A DNA stretch of 63,876 nt, filler included, from Octopus bimaculoides (taxonomy: Eukaryota): NCBI RefSeq assembly GCF_001194135.2. It is 4 parts of 4 records of this genome, joined end to end, with 100 filler letters (N's around TTAATTAATTAA, not from the genome) between each part and the next. Parts side by side here need not be neighbours in the genome. Positions count along the whole stretch, not along the records: positions 20,270 to 49,539 come from NC_068987.1; 3 more parts are not named here. One strand, 5' to 3'. Shown here in pieces: positions 35,080 through 48,080 of this stretch; the stretch's first letter is position 1; every line of letters starts with the position of its first letter. The notes below the pieces were generated by a model. The model worked only from the letters and a program-made list of their open reading frames with translations. It ran no database searches and had not been told where the DNA came from. The position numbers and the translations under genes are program-made.

Positions 35080-35460
35080 GTAACTGTGTGGTAAGTAGCT
35101 TGCTTACGAACCACATGGTTCCGGGTTCAGTCCCACTGTGTGGCACCTTGGGCAAGTGTCTTCAACTATAGCCTTGGGTCGACCAAAGCCTTGTGAGTGG
35201 ATTTGGGAAATGGAAACTGAATATATGTGTGTGTGTGTGTGTGTTTGTGTGTCTGTGCTTGTCCCCACCAAAATCGCTTGACAACCGATGTTGGTGTGTT
35301 CACGTCCCCATAACTTAGCGGTTCGGCAAAAAAAACCAATAGAATAGGTACTAGGCTTACAAAGAATAAGTACTGAGGTCGATTTGTTCGACTAAAGGCG
35401 ATGCTTCAGCATGGCCACGGTCAAATAACTGAAACAAATAAAAGATGAAAAATGAAAGAT
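35080..35460 (+). mobile_element. SINE family A
   Basis: Full layout, relatively young (many CpGs retained). Confidence 0.85.
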
Positions 35461-35624
35461 AAAGACTGCAAACTATCTCTCCTACCAAATTGCAGCAGAT
35501 GTATTCTGGTCCTATGCCAAAACATGGTCTATCAGATTTGTGGAACCCTTCAATCAATCTCATCTGAATAAAAATGATTCTGTTAGCAGAACTTCTGTTA
35601 AAAATCTCTTCATATATATTGGCT

Positions 35625-35842
35625 TCAGATTTTTGGCACTAGGCTAGTAATTTGGTGGTGGGAGGAGGATGTACGTCGATTACATTGCACCAGCCCTCTA
35701 CTGGTACTTATCTTATCAACCCACAAAAGGACAAAAGATACAGTTGATCTTGGTGGAATCTGAACTTGGGATATAAAGACAGATGAAATTCCACTAAGCA
35801 TTTTGCCTAGTGTGCTAATAATTCTGCCAGCTCACCACCCTA
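35625..35842 (-). mobile_element. SINE family B
   Basis: Family B core. Confidence 0.75.
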
Positions 35843-35939
35843 ACTCTTCATAACTATTACCTGCTTAGGGTACATCATCATCATCATCATCGTCATCGTT
35901 TAACATCCGCTTTCCATGCTAGCAAAAATTAAATGACAT

Positions 35940-36255
35940 TGTTGGTTACACTGATTGGTGTTCCAGCTGATATGATCAACAGAATAGCCTACTCATGAAA
36001 TTATTGTGCAAATGGCTGAACAATCCAAAGACACATGTAGTTCCCTTAATGTAGTTCTCAGAGAGATTCAGTGTGACACAGAATGCAACAAGGCTGGCAC
36101 TTTGAATTCCAGGTAGAACTCACTTTTACCAGATGGGTGGACTGGAGTGATGTGAAATAAAGTGTCTTGCTCAAGGACACAATGCACCACTGGGAATGAA
36201 ACTCATGGCCTTACAATTGTAACCTGAACAAACTAACCACTAAGTCACATACCTT
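35940..36255 (-). mobile_element. tRNA-derived SINE family E
   Basis: Minus head ..cttagtggttag...gtttcattcc..tgtgtccttgagcaagacacttta; related pieces at 22290-22440, 31170-31310 and 42350-42425. Confidence 0.7.
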
Positions 36256-36282
36256 CACAACTGCAACTGTAGATCAAATATC

Positions 36283-36496
36283 CTTTTCTGCTCTAGGCAC
36301 AAGGCTCGAAATTTTGGGGGAGGGGCAAGTCAATTAGATCAACCCCAGTATGCAACTGGTACTTAATCTATCAACCCTAAAAGAAAGAAAGGCAAAGTCA
36401 ACCTTGGCGGAATTTGAACTCGGAACATAAAGACAGATGAAATGCCGCTAAGCATTTCACCTGGTGTGCTAACGTTTCTGCCAGCTCGCCGCCTTC
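36283..36496 (-). mobile_element. SINE family B, full length
   Basis: Near-identical to 47025-47230. Confidence 0.85.
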
Positions 36497-36614
36497 AAAT
36501 ATTACAACATAAAACAACCTTTCCAACCATTTCTTAACCTACTTCAACAAATGTCACATCATATATTGCATCCCTCAAATACTTACTCCTCCAACCAGCC
36601 TCACAACTTGTAAC

Positions 36615-36877
36615 CAGTGATTCTCGAACAGGGGCCATATGGCCCCAAAAAAGTCCGCATAAGATTTTGCTGTTAGTGTTTATGTGCAATAAATTACTTA
36701 TGCTTCTGCAATACAGGAAATCTTTTAACAATGTTTTAATACAATTCATAAAAATATTCAATTATAAAAATATAATGGGACTTTTTTTAAACATTGAATG
36801 GCTATGGGGGTCCAGTAGACTAAAATAGGAATCATAGGGGATCCATAGGCAAAAAATAAAATGGTTGAGAACCATTG
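36615..36877. mobile_element. hAT (Charlie-like) MITE, older
   Basis: cagtgattctcgaac ... gttgagaaccattg; TSD degenerate (cttgtaac / ttctaaac). Confidence 0.7.
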
Positions 36878-36934
36878 TTCTAAACAGTCTCACTTCATAC
36901 AACTTTTTTTCTTCAGTGTGAGTCAAGTGAAATT

Positions 36935-37228
36935 GTTGTTGTGGCCGATGTCAGTGCTGCCTGACTGGCACCCATGCTGGTGGCATATAAAAGCACCATT
37001 CGAGCTTGGTCGATGCCAGTGTCCCCTGACAGGCTCCCGTGCCAGTGACATGCGAAAAGCACCCACTACACTCCCGGACTGGTTGGTGTTAGGAAGGGCA
37101 TCCAGCTGTAGAAACTCTGCCAGATCAGATTGGAGCCTGGTGCAGCCTTCTGGCTCCCTAGTCCCCAGTCAAACCGTCAAACCCATGCCAGTATGGAAAG
37201 CAGACGTTAAACTACGATGATGAAGATG
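36935..37228 (+). mobile_element. Family C repeat
   Basis: Colinear with 45660-45940. Confidence 0.8.
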
Positions 37229-38079
37229 ATTTCTTTGAACTTTTCCTGCTTATCTTCTCATGTCAAATGAAGCTACCCATGTAATCATTTGCGACTCTCA
37301 ACAACTTATTTGCTTTCTTATTTTGTAATATAACTTACACACTAGCTCTAAACCTTTTAATCTCAATCATCATGGTTTTTAACGTTGCTGGAGTTTATTG
37401 ACACAGGTTTTCTACATATGGATGCCCTTCTTGCTGTCAACCCATATATTTTTTTCCAAAGCCAGGCATGTTTTCACAGAATACTGGAAATGAATGGCAT
37501 ATATTTACAACATCACACAATGCCAAGACAAGGCGACGAACATACTCTCTCTCTCTTTTTCTTTCTTTCTCTTTCTCCTGTATTATGACTTCCACTCAGT
37601 TTCTATCCACCAAATCCACTCACAAGACCTTTGTTGCCCTGGAGTAATAGCAGAAGATGCTTTCCTAAGATGCCACACAATGGAACTGAACTCGTAACCA
37701 TGTGGTTGGGAAGCAAACTTCTTAACCACACAGCTATGCTAGTTCAGCATTGATATTCAACATTAAATCTGTGTATATTTCAAAACGGTAATGCATTTTC
37801 AATTTGCCAAAATCTTCAAATTCTCAAAATATCCAAATCTTTTCCTTAGAAACATTAATCATTTTACCATTAAAAAATTTTTTTTACCATAAACAAAACC
37901 CTTGAGTCAAATTTTTCATAGACTGAAGATTTCTCATTCCAGTTTTTCTATAACCTAGGCCTTGGTATCTAACTTTTCTGCAAAGAATAGCATTTAATTC
38001 ATCCATAGATAAACACTTTCAAATGCATACGTACTTACATACACACACGCATACTTATATACATACATACATACATACA

Positions 38080-38112
<33 letters not shown>

Positions 38113-38210
38113 GTTCACACACACACTTATATACATATACATACATATATATGTGCACGTACACACACACACATATATATACATATGTATACATACATAA
38201 TTACATATAC

Positions 38211-38296
<86 letters not shown>

Positions 38297-40184
38297 ATAA
38301 TATATATATGCGTGTGTGTGTATACATACATGCATATACTATATATATATGTACATAAATATATATATATGCATGCACACACACCTATATACAAATATAT
38401 ATTATATGTATATACAGATACATATACTTACACACACACACACTATGCACGCACACACCGCACATGCATCATCATTATCATCGTCGTCTTTACATTATGA
38501 GTTATTATGAACTCAACGAGCAGCTACTTTCATAAATAGAATTATTGAGTTTCTTTAAGAAAAGTTAGTGGAATGCCAGAAGTTGAAATAATTTTCAAAA
38601 TTTGATTCAAAATGACACAGCTTTTGAATTGAGTCAATAACCTAGTAACAAGTAATTCTGAAATCAATACAATTTTTGATTTCTAAAGCTAATTTGTATG
38701 AATATCTATATACGTTTTGAGTGACTGTCTAAGATCAAGTTTATTTGAACACGTATCAATCAATTCAGTTATAAAATTGTCTCAATATTATCAATATTGT
38801 TTTGATACTGTTTCTGAAATTTACCATGCTATCTCTTCCTTTTCTCATTTTCTCTCTGTCTCTCTCTCTTTCTTTTTTTGTTTTTTTTTTGTTTTAGCTT
38901 TTGTCTTCCGTTTCTTATTGTTTAACCTTTTCTGTTTTATTTATTTGTTCATTTTCTGTATTTTTCTTTTTTCTATTCTAAAACTAGTGAACCAGAAAAT
39001 TACAGGCCATAAACATTTTAATGGTTTCGTTATTACACTTCTCTTGGGAGGTAGAAATCAATTGGAAGATGTAATATTGTTCTCAGTATCAACAAATATT
39101 AAAATTGAATAATAAATTGGTTAGAAGTTCAGTATTGCTTTCTATTTCATCAATAAGAATTATATTTCTATATTTGCCTCCTGACTCAGTTATTTTCTCC
39201 TTGCTTTGTAAGCATGTGTGTGTGTGTGTGTGCGTGGAGGGACATACAGAAGAATCACATTACATGGCGTACGGAATTATAATTTTTTTTTTTTTTTTAA
39301 TATCTCCAAAAAAAATTTTCCTTACAGGTGTTCAGTTGATAAGTGTATTGAAGGTTATTTTGGAGATTTAATGTCGATATAGTCAATATATCTATAATAG
39401 CAATATGATATAAAGTAACTGTCTTCCCAGCAGCATTGATCAAATGCCATCAACCTAACAATGTCCTTGTTTTGGTCTGATCTATAGAAAAGTCAAGAGA
39501 AAATGTTGCTTCTACACTTGACTGATGTTCTAAATAGGCTTTTATGGCTCTCAAGTCAGTTAGCCTCTTGTTCCATATCATAACCCCTACCTTTCTTGCC
39601 ACGCACACTTTAAAAATAAAAGTTTTTCTTTCTGTGCTGTGTGTCACATGCAATTTCTTGAACTGGCTGTCAAACTGTTTTTAAAATGTTCAACATATCT
39701 ATTTATTGCTCACTATATTTAATATAGAATTGCTATTCTTCAATCTTCCTGTTTACTGCTTTTACAAAAGAAAAACTGATGCCTGAGGTAAGTAATTTTC
39801 TTATAAAAACATGGCTTAAGCAATTCTTATGAATTCATATATAAGGTCTCTTCAGAAAATAATATCCAGTATGCTTCTTCATTGATTATATAGAATATGA
39901 AATTGTCTGTTAAGAAGTTTGTCAATGAAAGTAAAATCAGCACTATAGAATATTGGTAATCTCTTGACGACTGAAGTGTGTGAAACAAGTTCAGTTCCAG
40001 ATGGCTCCTTCAGACTACTTCACCAGGCTGGCTTGAGCTTGATACATTACACTGTGATGATTGTGGTTTTGCCACAAGTCAGATCTAACTAAACAGACTT
40101 ATAAAGAAAAATGTTTCTGCCATGACCATCCGGTCTGTTTTGGATATTATTGCTTCGTAAATCTTTCTTTAAGAGTATCAAGAG

Positions 40185-40385
40185 CTGTCAGCTGGTGCAG
40201 TCATTAACATGCTGGACAAAATGCTTAACAACAATTCTTCCAGATCTATGTTCTGAGTTCAAATTCAGAAAGGTCAACTTTGCTTTCCATCTTTTAAGGA
40301 ATGTTAAAATAAATACCAGTTGTGTACTGAAGTCAATGTAATCAACTTCTTCTCCTACCTCAAATATTGCTGACCCTGTGATAAA
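40185..40385 (+). mobile_element. SINE family B, diverged
   Basis: Family B head and core. Confidence 0.7.
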
Positions 40386-40498
40386 ATTAGAAAGAATTAA
40401 GATATAAAACTGTATTTCAAAGTTGAGTTCCTCAGCAGAGAAATTCCATTTTCTTTTTAATAATGAATTTCTTAAAAAAAACTTGTTGAGCAACTTAC

Positions 40499-40671
40499 AC
40501 ATGAGCTAGAATTCGGTAGACACTGGCATTGGCATTATTACACTGCTGATCATTGTACAAGACTGTGATGTTATGTTTCGCTTTGATAAGTAGTGGACTT
40601 GTTACAGACTGGAAGCATTTTTCCCTTTCACCCACCTTGTCCATCAAATAGGTAGTTATTGAACTTCAGGT
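40499..40671 (-). other. Candidate 173-nt exon with an internal ATG (40644) open to a phase-2 donor
   Basis: Acceptor ctttggttttacag, donor GT|gtaagt; reads MDKVGEREKCFQSVTSPLLIKAKHNITVLYNDQQCNNANASVYRILAH. No homology recognised; splice signals only. Confidence 0.35.
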
Positions 40672-40980
40672 CTGTAAAACCAAAGTCTGTCTTTCTCTCT
40701 TTCTTCTATGCTCTCTCTCCCTGTTCCATTCTCTTTTTATGCCCCCATTCTCTCTCTCTCTCTCTCTCTTTTTCTCTGTATTACTTTGTCTTTCTCTGTC
40801 ACACGAGTCTTCTTTCTAATGAATATCCTTTTTTGTTTGTAGCACTGCTATAATATACATTGTCAATAGAACGAGAGTTATCGATGTTTAGATATGGATT
40901 TTCTCATTTTCTTTTTCCTACTGTATAAAGAGCAACTGTAAATATATGTATATATATCTGTGTGCTTAACCTGCCAATAA

Positions 40981-41032
<52 letters not shown>

Positions 41033-41169
41033 ATACATACACGCACACACACACATATATGTATCTTTCTCAGAATTCTATGATTGAGAATTGCCCTTAG
41101 GAAATGAGTTATATACACACACGTGCGCATGCACACACACACATACACACACAACACACATTATAGATT

Positions 41170-42330
41170 AAGTTGTTTCCAACAAGAAATCTTGCTGTCC
41201 GAGTTGCCTTTGTCTATGTCTCTGATGGCTGCTAAGGACAAATGTGCTGCTCTGTGTGAGTGACAACAATAGCAATGGTAATGGCAGAATGCGTGGCACA
41301 ATATTGCACCTCCTGATGGGTGACCAGTTAGTTTGTGCAATCTTTCTCACAGCCGATCTCTCACCATCATGTCTTGTTGCTACACTGTGCTTGCCATGTC
41401 ATTGGGTCAATCTGAGACAACTTCAGGGTGACTTAGGGGTCGCCTTCATATTACTAACACTGTCCACTCTATGACCAGTGGAGCATGTCCAGCTGGTTGA
41501 ATAGGAGATCCTTCAAGATACCCTCATTGCCCATATGCAGCACATGCCTTACCCAGTGCCACTGGGTGCCACATGGTGACAGGCTTTATACGGTGGCGTT
41601 GCAACATGATGAGCTCTCTTTGGTGGTGATGTTGTCCTTTCCACAGATCATCCTGTGGCAGTTAATCTCTTTTACTTGTTTCAGTCATTTGACTGTGGCC
41701 ATGCTGGAGCACTGCCTTTAGTCGAGCAAATCGACCCCAGGACTTATTCTTTGTAAGCCTAGTACTTATTCTATCATTGTCTTTCGCCAAACAGCTAGGT
41801 TACGGGGATGTAAACACACCAGCATCGGTTGTCAAGCGTTGTTGGGGGGACAAACACAGACTCACAAACATATACACACACATACATATATATACCTATA
41901 TACGACGGGCTTCTTTCAGTTTCCATCTACCAAATCCACTCACAAGGCTTTGGTCGGCCCGAGGCTATAGCAGAAGACATTTGCCCAAGGTGCCATGCAG
42001 TGGGACTGACCCCAGAACCATGTGGTTGGTAAGCAAACTACTTACCAAACAGCCACTCCTATGCCTATATGAAACTTGCACATGAAACTTTTTCAACTTC
42101 TAAGGTAGGACCAGTACATGGTCCACATCTCAGCAATAAATGAGGGTGAACAGAACCACAGCAGAGTAGACACAAATCTTAGTGTTCAGCAGAAACCACA
42201 TTTCAACCACAAGTGATACAGTCAGACATCCAAATGATCCACTGGCCTCGCTGGTACCTGCCATTACCTTACCATTGATTCTAGCGAAAGTGTGTAACTT
42301 CGTGATTAGGGCTTTCAACTCACCATTGTA
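41170..42330 (-). mobile_element. Decayed RTE LINE (post-RT region) split by a family A SINE
   Basis: ..LNTKICVYSAVVLFTLIYC*.. (42130-42330) continues as ..KDNIT..WHWVRHVLHMGNEGILKDLLF..LKLSQIDPMTW (41390-41660), resembling RTE TKLKVYRAVV..LLYGCETW / LRWAGHV.RM..RIPK.LL. Confidence 0.75.
41668..42068 (-). mobile_element. SINE family A, full length, nested in the RTE
   Basis: Very similar to 20345-20771. Confidence 0.9.
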
Positions 42331-43638
42331 ACTTTTGTAGCCTGATTCCCAGCAGTGCATTATATCCTTGAGCAAGACACTTAATTTTATGTTGTTCCTG
42401 TCCCCTCAGCTGGCAAAAAACAAAGGTTGCAGCTGATGGTAAATAAGCAGCAATGGAGAAAAGCTGCACTATGATTATTCATTTGAGATGGGTTGTGTAG
42501 GTCCAGGACCATTCTCTTTCTCTCTTCCTGATCCCCAACATTGACTGAAGGTATGGAAACCATAATGAGGAACCACTAGGGTGGAAACAACAACTGAGTG
42601 ATACCTTTCTTTCAGAATCTCTCCTCCTCCTCCTCCTCCTCCTAATTGTAGCATCACCTGAGCTATTTTATTTACATCTGAATGTTGCTAGATGTTATAA
42701 GAAAAATGGAAATTAATGCTGCTAACTTGATGCCCAGTTGCTTTTCAAACAACTAGAAGTTGTTAGTATAGCATGTTGAGTGGGTCAACATGGCATACTT
42801 TGGAGCTAAATCAAACCTACTGAAAAATCCAGTACTTGGTATAACCAGCCTGTTCTTTAGTAGTTTAAGCCACTTGACTGCAGGGAAAAGCAGACTGGTT
42901 CAAAACTAACAAGATGCTTTAATAAAGAAAGCCTAAACCTCTACTATCTATGTTGTAACTGATCTTTCATGCCCATTATACTCTGTGTCTTGCTCAAACA
43001 GTTTTTTGTTTCTTTTGCATGCTGTAGATTGTAAATGTCTACAACAATCTTCTATGTCATGTAATGGTTGTAAATGAACATCACTGTCATACAAGCAATG
43101 TTGTCCATTCTTAGTTTTCCATGCCGTGGAAAAACACATCTGGGGCCATGGGGATATATCTGGAAGCAGGTGAGGGGTGGCAACAGGAAGGGTATTTAGT
43201 AGAAGAAAATCTACCCCAACAAAATTCCATCTGATTCAAGCAAGTTTTGGTAAACTAGATTTTTAAAAAATGATGATGTTGATGATGATTAATACCAACA
43301 CTCATACACACACATGCACATAACCTCTACCACACATACACACACACAATTCTATATATATTAGAATAACCACGGAACCATTTTTTGGTGTTTTGAATAA
43401 ATTTGATATGTATGTTTCAGGTGGTTACATAACAAAATGTTACAGATATCATTCTCTTCAATCATTATGAGTGAAATTTATTGGTGCAATCAAAGTCGCC
43501 CCTATGTATAGTAGAGTAGATGAAAAAGTCCACCGAAAAAAAAAATTAAAAACTATAAAAAGAAAGTGAAAAAAATATAGGAGAGACTATCTCCTAGTAT
43601 AATAATGAGCATAGTGCTTTTATATATATATTTATATA

Positions 43639-43678
<40 letters not shown>

Positions 43679-44763
43679 CACTAAAATATATATATATACA
43701 TATATANNNNNNNNNNTATATATATATATATATATATCTGTCCAGAATCACGCCAGATGCAGAGGAAGAGAGAAAATGGTAATTCAGTGAAGGAGAAGTA
43801 GCGAGAGTAATAGCCCTGACTGAGAGGGAGAGGAAGAAATAGCAATGAGAGAAAGGAAGAGGTGATAGATGAATAAGGAAGAAAGGGGTGAAAAAAAATC
43901 AGCGTTTCAACTCTGTGTGAGTATATGTGTGTACGTGTGTGTGTGTACAAATGAAAATGTGAATATTTGTATGTGTGATTTCTATGTACCTTATTTTGTA
44001 CCTTATTTATATCTAAAATACTACAATTAGTGGTCATTATTGACGGCACGTGGTCAGCTAGTAAGTTTATAAGCATCTAAGGAAGGAGAGGAACATTTAT
44101 AGATAACATGATATTAAAAATGAAATAACTAAATGAATGAATGACGAAATGACAGGTAATAACTGTAACCATAAAGAAGAAGAAAAGAAAAATATATTAT
44201 ACAAGGCAAGTCACACTCAAGCAGGTTAAGGAATATGATCGCCTTACTGATAAATTCCAAAAGAAGTTATGGAATCCTTGCATTTCTCATTGGGTCATAA
44301 TGTCTTTGAATTTCAGGAAGTATTTATTAGGTTAATTCCCTGCTATTAAGCTGGAAGATCATAAACAGAACTAACGGTAAACATTTATGCCAACTAGATA
44401 TATTACAGGATTAGTTGTGGGAATTTTAATATCATTCTCAAAAGTAAACGGTAAAGACAAAAACACTGATGCAGACATTGATGTAGGTCTAATACCGTCA
44501 CATCCACGCTAAAAGTAATTAACATAACCTTAAATTAATAACAATAATGATGATGATGGTGATGGTGATGAGGATGATACAAGTGCAGCTGCTGCTGCTA
44601 CTACTACTACTACTACTACTCCCGCTTCATCCACCTCCTCTTCTCACTACTACTACTACTTAACCTCCTCCTCCTCTTCCTCTCCTCCTCCTCCTACTAC
44701 TACTGATAATGATGATAATAACAATAATAATAACAACAACAACAATAATAATAATAATAATAA

Positions 44764-44944
44764 TTTTAAAACAAACTTATAATTTTCCTGTTTTCTAAAA
44801 CATTCGCTAGAACAATACTCTGTGCAAAACCAAAAGTATGGCACCCTAGGCATAACACGAACTTGAACTCCTAACTTGATGCCTCTTGAGGTCTCTGGGT
44901 GAGACTTGGAATTAACTTGTACAAATACAAAGCAAAAATCAAAC

Positions 44945-44994
<50 letters not shown>

Positions 44995-45222
44995 GCTCAG
45001 ATACCAGGAAACCCCAAAATGGCTGAAGTTCAAAAGATAGTGCTCATGGGAACTGCCCATATTCTACGTAAAATACTGTCTATGTGATATCAAATTTTAA
45101 AACAAACACATAATTTTCTTATGGTTTCTTAAACATTCACTAGAACAACACTGTACAAATCCAAATATATGGTATCCTAGGCATAACACCTACATGAACT
45201 TCTAACTTGCTGTCTCTTGAGG
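44764..45222 (+). mobile_element. Two tandem R4/Dong-like 3' ends separated by (AAT)n (44764-44947; 44995-45222 into gap)
   Basis: Second copy encodes AQIPGNPKMAEVQKIVLMGTAHILRKILSM* and is followed by the same 3' UTR as the first copy. Confidence 0.85.
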
Positions 45223-45599
45223 NNNNNNNNNNNNNNNNNNNNNNNNNNNNNNNNNNNNNNNNNNNNNNNNNNNNNNNNNNNNNNNNNNNNNNNNNNNNNN
45301 NNNNNNNNNNNNNNNNNNNNNNNNNNNNNNNNNNNNNNNNNNNNNNNNNNNNNNNNNNNNNNNNNNNNNNNNNNNNNNNNNNNNNNNNNNNNNNNNNNNN
45401 NNNNNNNNNNNNNNNNNNNNNNNNNNNNNNNNNNNNNNNNNNNNNNNNNNNNNNNNNNNNNNNNNNNNNNNNNNNNNNNNNNNNNNNNNNNNNNNNNNNN
45501 NNNNNNNNNNNNNNNNNNNNNNNNNNNNNNNNNNNNNNNNNNNNNNNNNNNNNNNNNNNNNNNNNNNNNNNNNNNNNNNNNNNNNNNNNNNNNNNNNNN

Positions 45600-45940
45600 C
45601 CGTTGCCAGTACCGCCTGACTGGCCTTCGTAGGATTTTCGAGCGAGATCATTGCCAGTACCCCTGGACTGGCTCTTGTGCGGGTGGCACATAAAATACAC
45701 CATCTTGAGCGTGGCCGTTGCCAGTACCGCCTGACTGGCCTTCATGCGGGTGACACTTTAAAGCACCCACTACACTCTCTGAGTGGTTGGCGTTAGGAAG
45801 GGCATCAAGCTGTAGAAACTCTGCCAAATTAGATTGGAGCCTGGTGTTGCCATCCGGTTTCACCAGTCCTCAGTCAAATCGTCCAACCCATGCTAGCATG
45901 GAAAACGGACGTTAAACGACGATGATGATGACGATGATGA
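45600..45940 (+). mobile_element. Family C repeat with three tandem stem-loop subunits
   Basis: gccagt-accgcctg-actggc at about 45605 and 45720, with a variant at about 45653. Confidence 0.85.
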
Positions 45941-46629
45941 CAAAGATCTTAAATTGAAGTATTCAAGATGTGAAGCATGGAGGTAAAAACAATACCAATA
46001 AGAAGTGGATCATTGGGTATGATCAAAAAATACATGAGCAAAAACGTAGAAGCTATACCTGGATCCTCAACACTTCACACAATCCAAAAACTATCCCTGC
46101 TAAGAACAGCTCACATCCTATGCAAGACACTATCAATTCAATAGTACAACCTAAACAAAACAACCCACAAACACAAGACTCTATACAGCAATTACCCAGG
46201 GAAATAAACTTGTACCAGCAAACTAGATAACCAACACATTACACACTCAATACACAACACAAGCAATGATACAACAAAAGGCTACACCACACCCCAAGGA
46301 AAAAAAAAACACTAACACAATACAAAACCAGGAAGAGTTTTGAACTCCCCCAACAACAGAAAAGAACTCAGTAGAAATTTGCCTCAAACTACCAGATATT
46401 AAACAATATCTTTTATCTTTCATCCTTTATATCTTTCAGTCATTTAAATTTAGTGGCTCTGTTAACTGTCCCAGTTGCACTTACTGGGGGACCTGAGAAT
46501 CAGTAAATTACAGGAGTACATGATGTTAATTTACCAGGAGTTACTGTATGGTGTTGCTTATCATCAAAAGAATTAATTGGACCTTTTTTTCTTTTAGAGT
46601 ATTGTGATTAGTCCCTTTTATCTGCTGCA

Positions 46630-47313
46630 ACAATCTGTCATGCCAAGCATTCAAAAGAACTTTGAAGATGTGGAGTTCTATTTCCCACCAAACTGAGGCA
46701 CACCCACACTACCAAAGTTGTGGTTTGGACAAACAGTTACAGTTGAATATCATCACTGTTCACCAGACTTGATACAGATTTTTTTCATGTGAATATTTAA
46801 AATATTATGTTTATGGTACAAAACCAGCTACAGCTGACAAATCGAGGGCAGCCATTGAATGAGAATGCACATAAATGCTGAGTGAAATGCTTCTTTGTTC
46901 TTGCAATTCCATGTCTTTGTGTCATCAGCAGTTTCTGGACCAGAACGGTCATCAGTTTGACAACAGATCTTCATAAAATAATTAAATTCTATCTGTAGAA
47001 TGTATTAATTTAAAAAATTTTCTACTATATCACAAGGCTCGAAATTTTTAGGGAGGGGACCAGTCGATTAGATTGACCCCAGTATGCAACTGGTATTTAA
47101 TTTATTGACCCCGAAAGGATGAAAGGCAAAGTCGACCTCGGCAGAATTTGAACTCAGAATGTAAAGACAGATGAAATACCGCTAAGCATTTCACCCAGCA
47201 TGCTATCGATTCTGCCAGCTTGCTGCCTTTAAATTTTGAAAATAAAATGTATTTTAATAAACACTGATTTTATAATCATTTAATGTGTGTATACATTCTT
47301 TTGTGACACCCTG
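46630..47313 (+). mobile_element. Tc1-like transposase C-terminal remnant with right TIR, interrupted by a family B SINE (47025-47230, minus)
   Basis: ..YLKYYVYGTKPATAD..RAAIE*EC..QQFLDQNGHQFD resembles the Tc1 post-catalytic region; ends gacaccctg|TA. Confidence 0.75.
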
Positions 47314-47639
47314 TATCTGTGTGTGTATATATATATAAATATATATATATATATGTATATGTATATAACATTTTCGCATGTAAAGGAATTTTGAAACTTT
47401 ACAGAATATTTCTGCAAGATATCTGCCACAATTTATAGCCTAATTACTGATATCTGTGAAAAGCTTTGCTTTTGACAAGGTCCTTAGAATACAAAGGAAC
47501 CTTCTGGACATTTGATGAATATTCTTTGAATTATAATCAATGCAAAGAGAACTAATGCTGCAAACTACTTCTTAAAGCTAGAGTTCGATGGGACTTTGAC
47601 TCTCATGAAAGATAAAATGATCGTGGCTTGCTAAAATGA

Positions 47640-48080
47640 GATGATAAACCACGTGGTGGAGATGATGGTGGTGGTGTTTGGGGAGTAGTGGTGAGGGTCA
47701 TTGTTGTTATTGTCATGGTAATAGTAATAGTGGTGGTGGTGGATGATGATGATGATGAAATTGATGATGGTGATGATGATGACGACAATGTTGGTAGTTG
47801 TTGTAGTGGTGGTGGTGCTGGTGCTGATAGTGGGGATCATCGTTGTCATCATTGTGGTTGTGGTAATAGCAGTAGTGGTGGTGGTGGATGATGAAGATGA
47901 TAATGACGATGGTGCTGGTAGTGGTGTTGGTGGTGGTGGTATTGATTGCAATGATGACAACAACGACAACAACAATGGTGGTGGTGGTGGTAATGAATAT
48001 GACGGTGACATTGATGCTGACGATATTGACAACAATGATGACGATGACAACGATGATGATGATGACGATGACAGAAAAGA
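47640..48080. repeat. Mosaic (GAT/GGT/AAC) trinucleotide array; similar arrays at 15580-15690, 29060-29250, 56760-56990 and 61800-62140
   Basis: Direct sequence. Confidence 0.85.

Noticed and set aside
39450-39653. 67-aa protein-like minus-strand ORF
   Set aside because: No motif recognised and no flanking splice sites in a compatible phase
44240-44510. Minus-strand acceptor followed by RGCDG
   Set aside because: The sequence after GCDG is not finger-like and reaches a stop within about 45 codons
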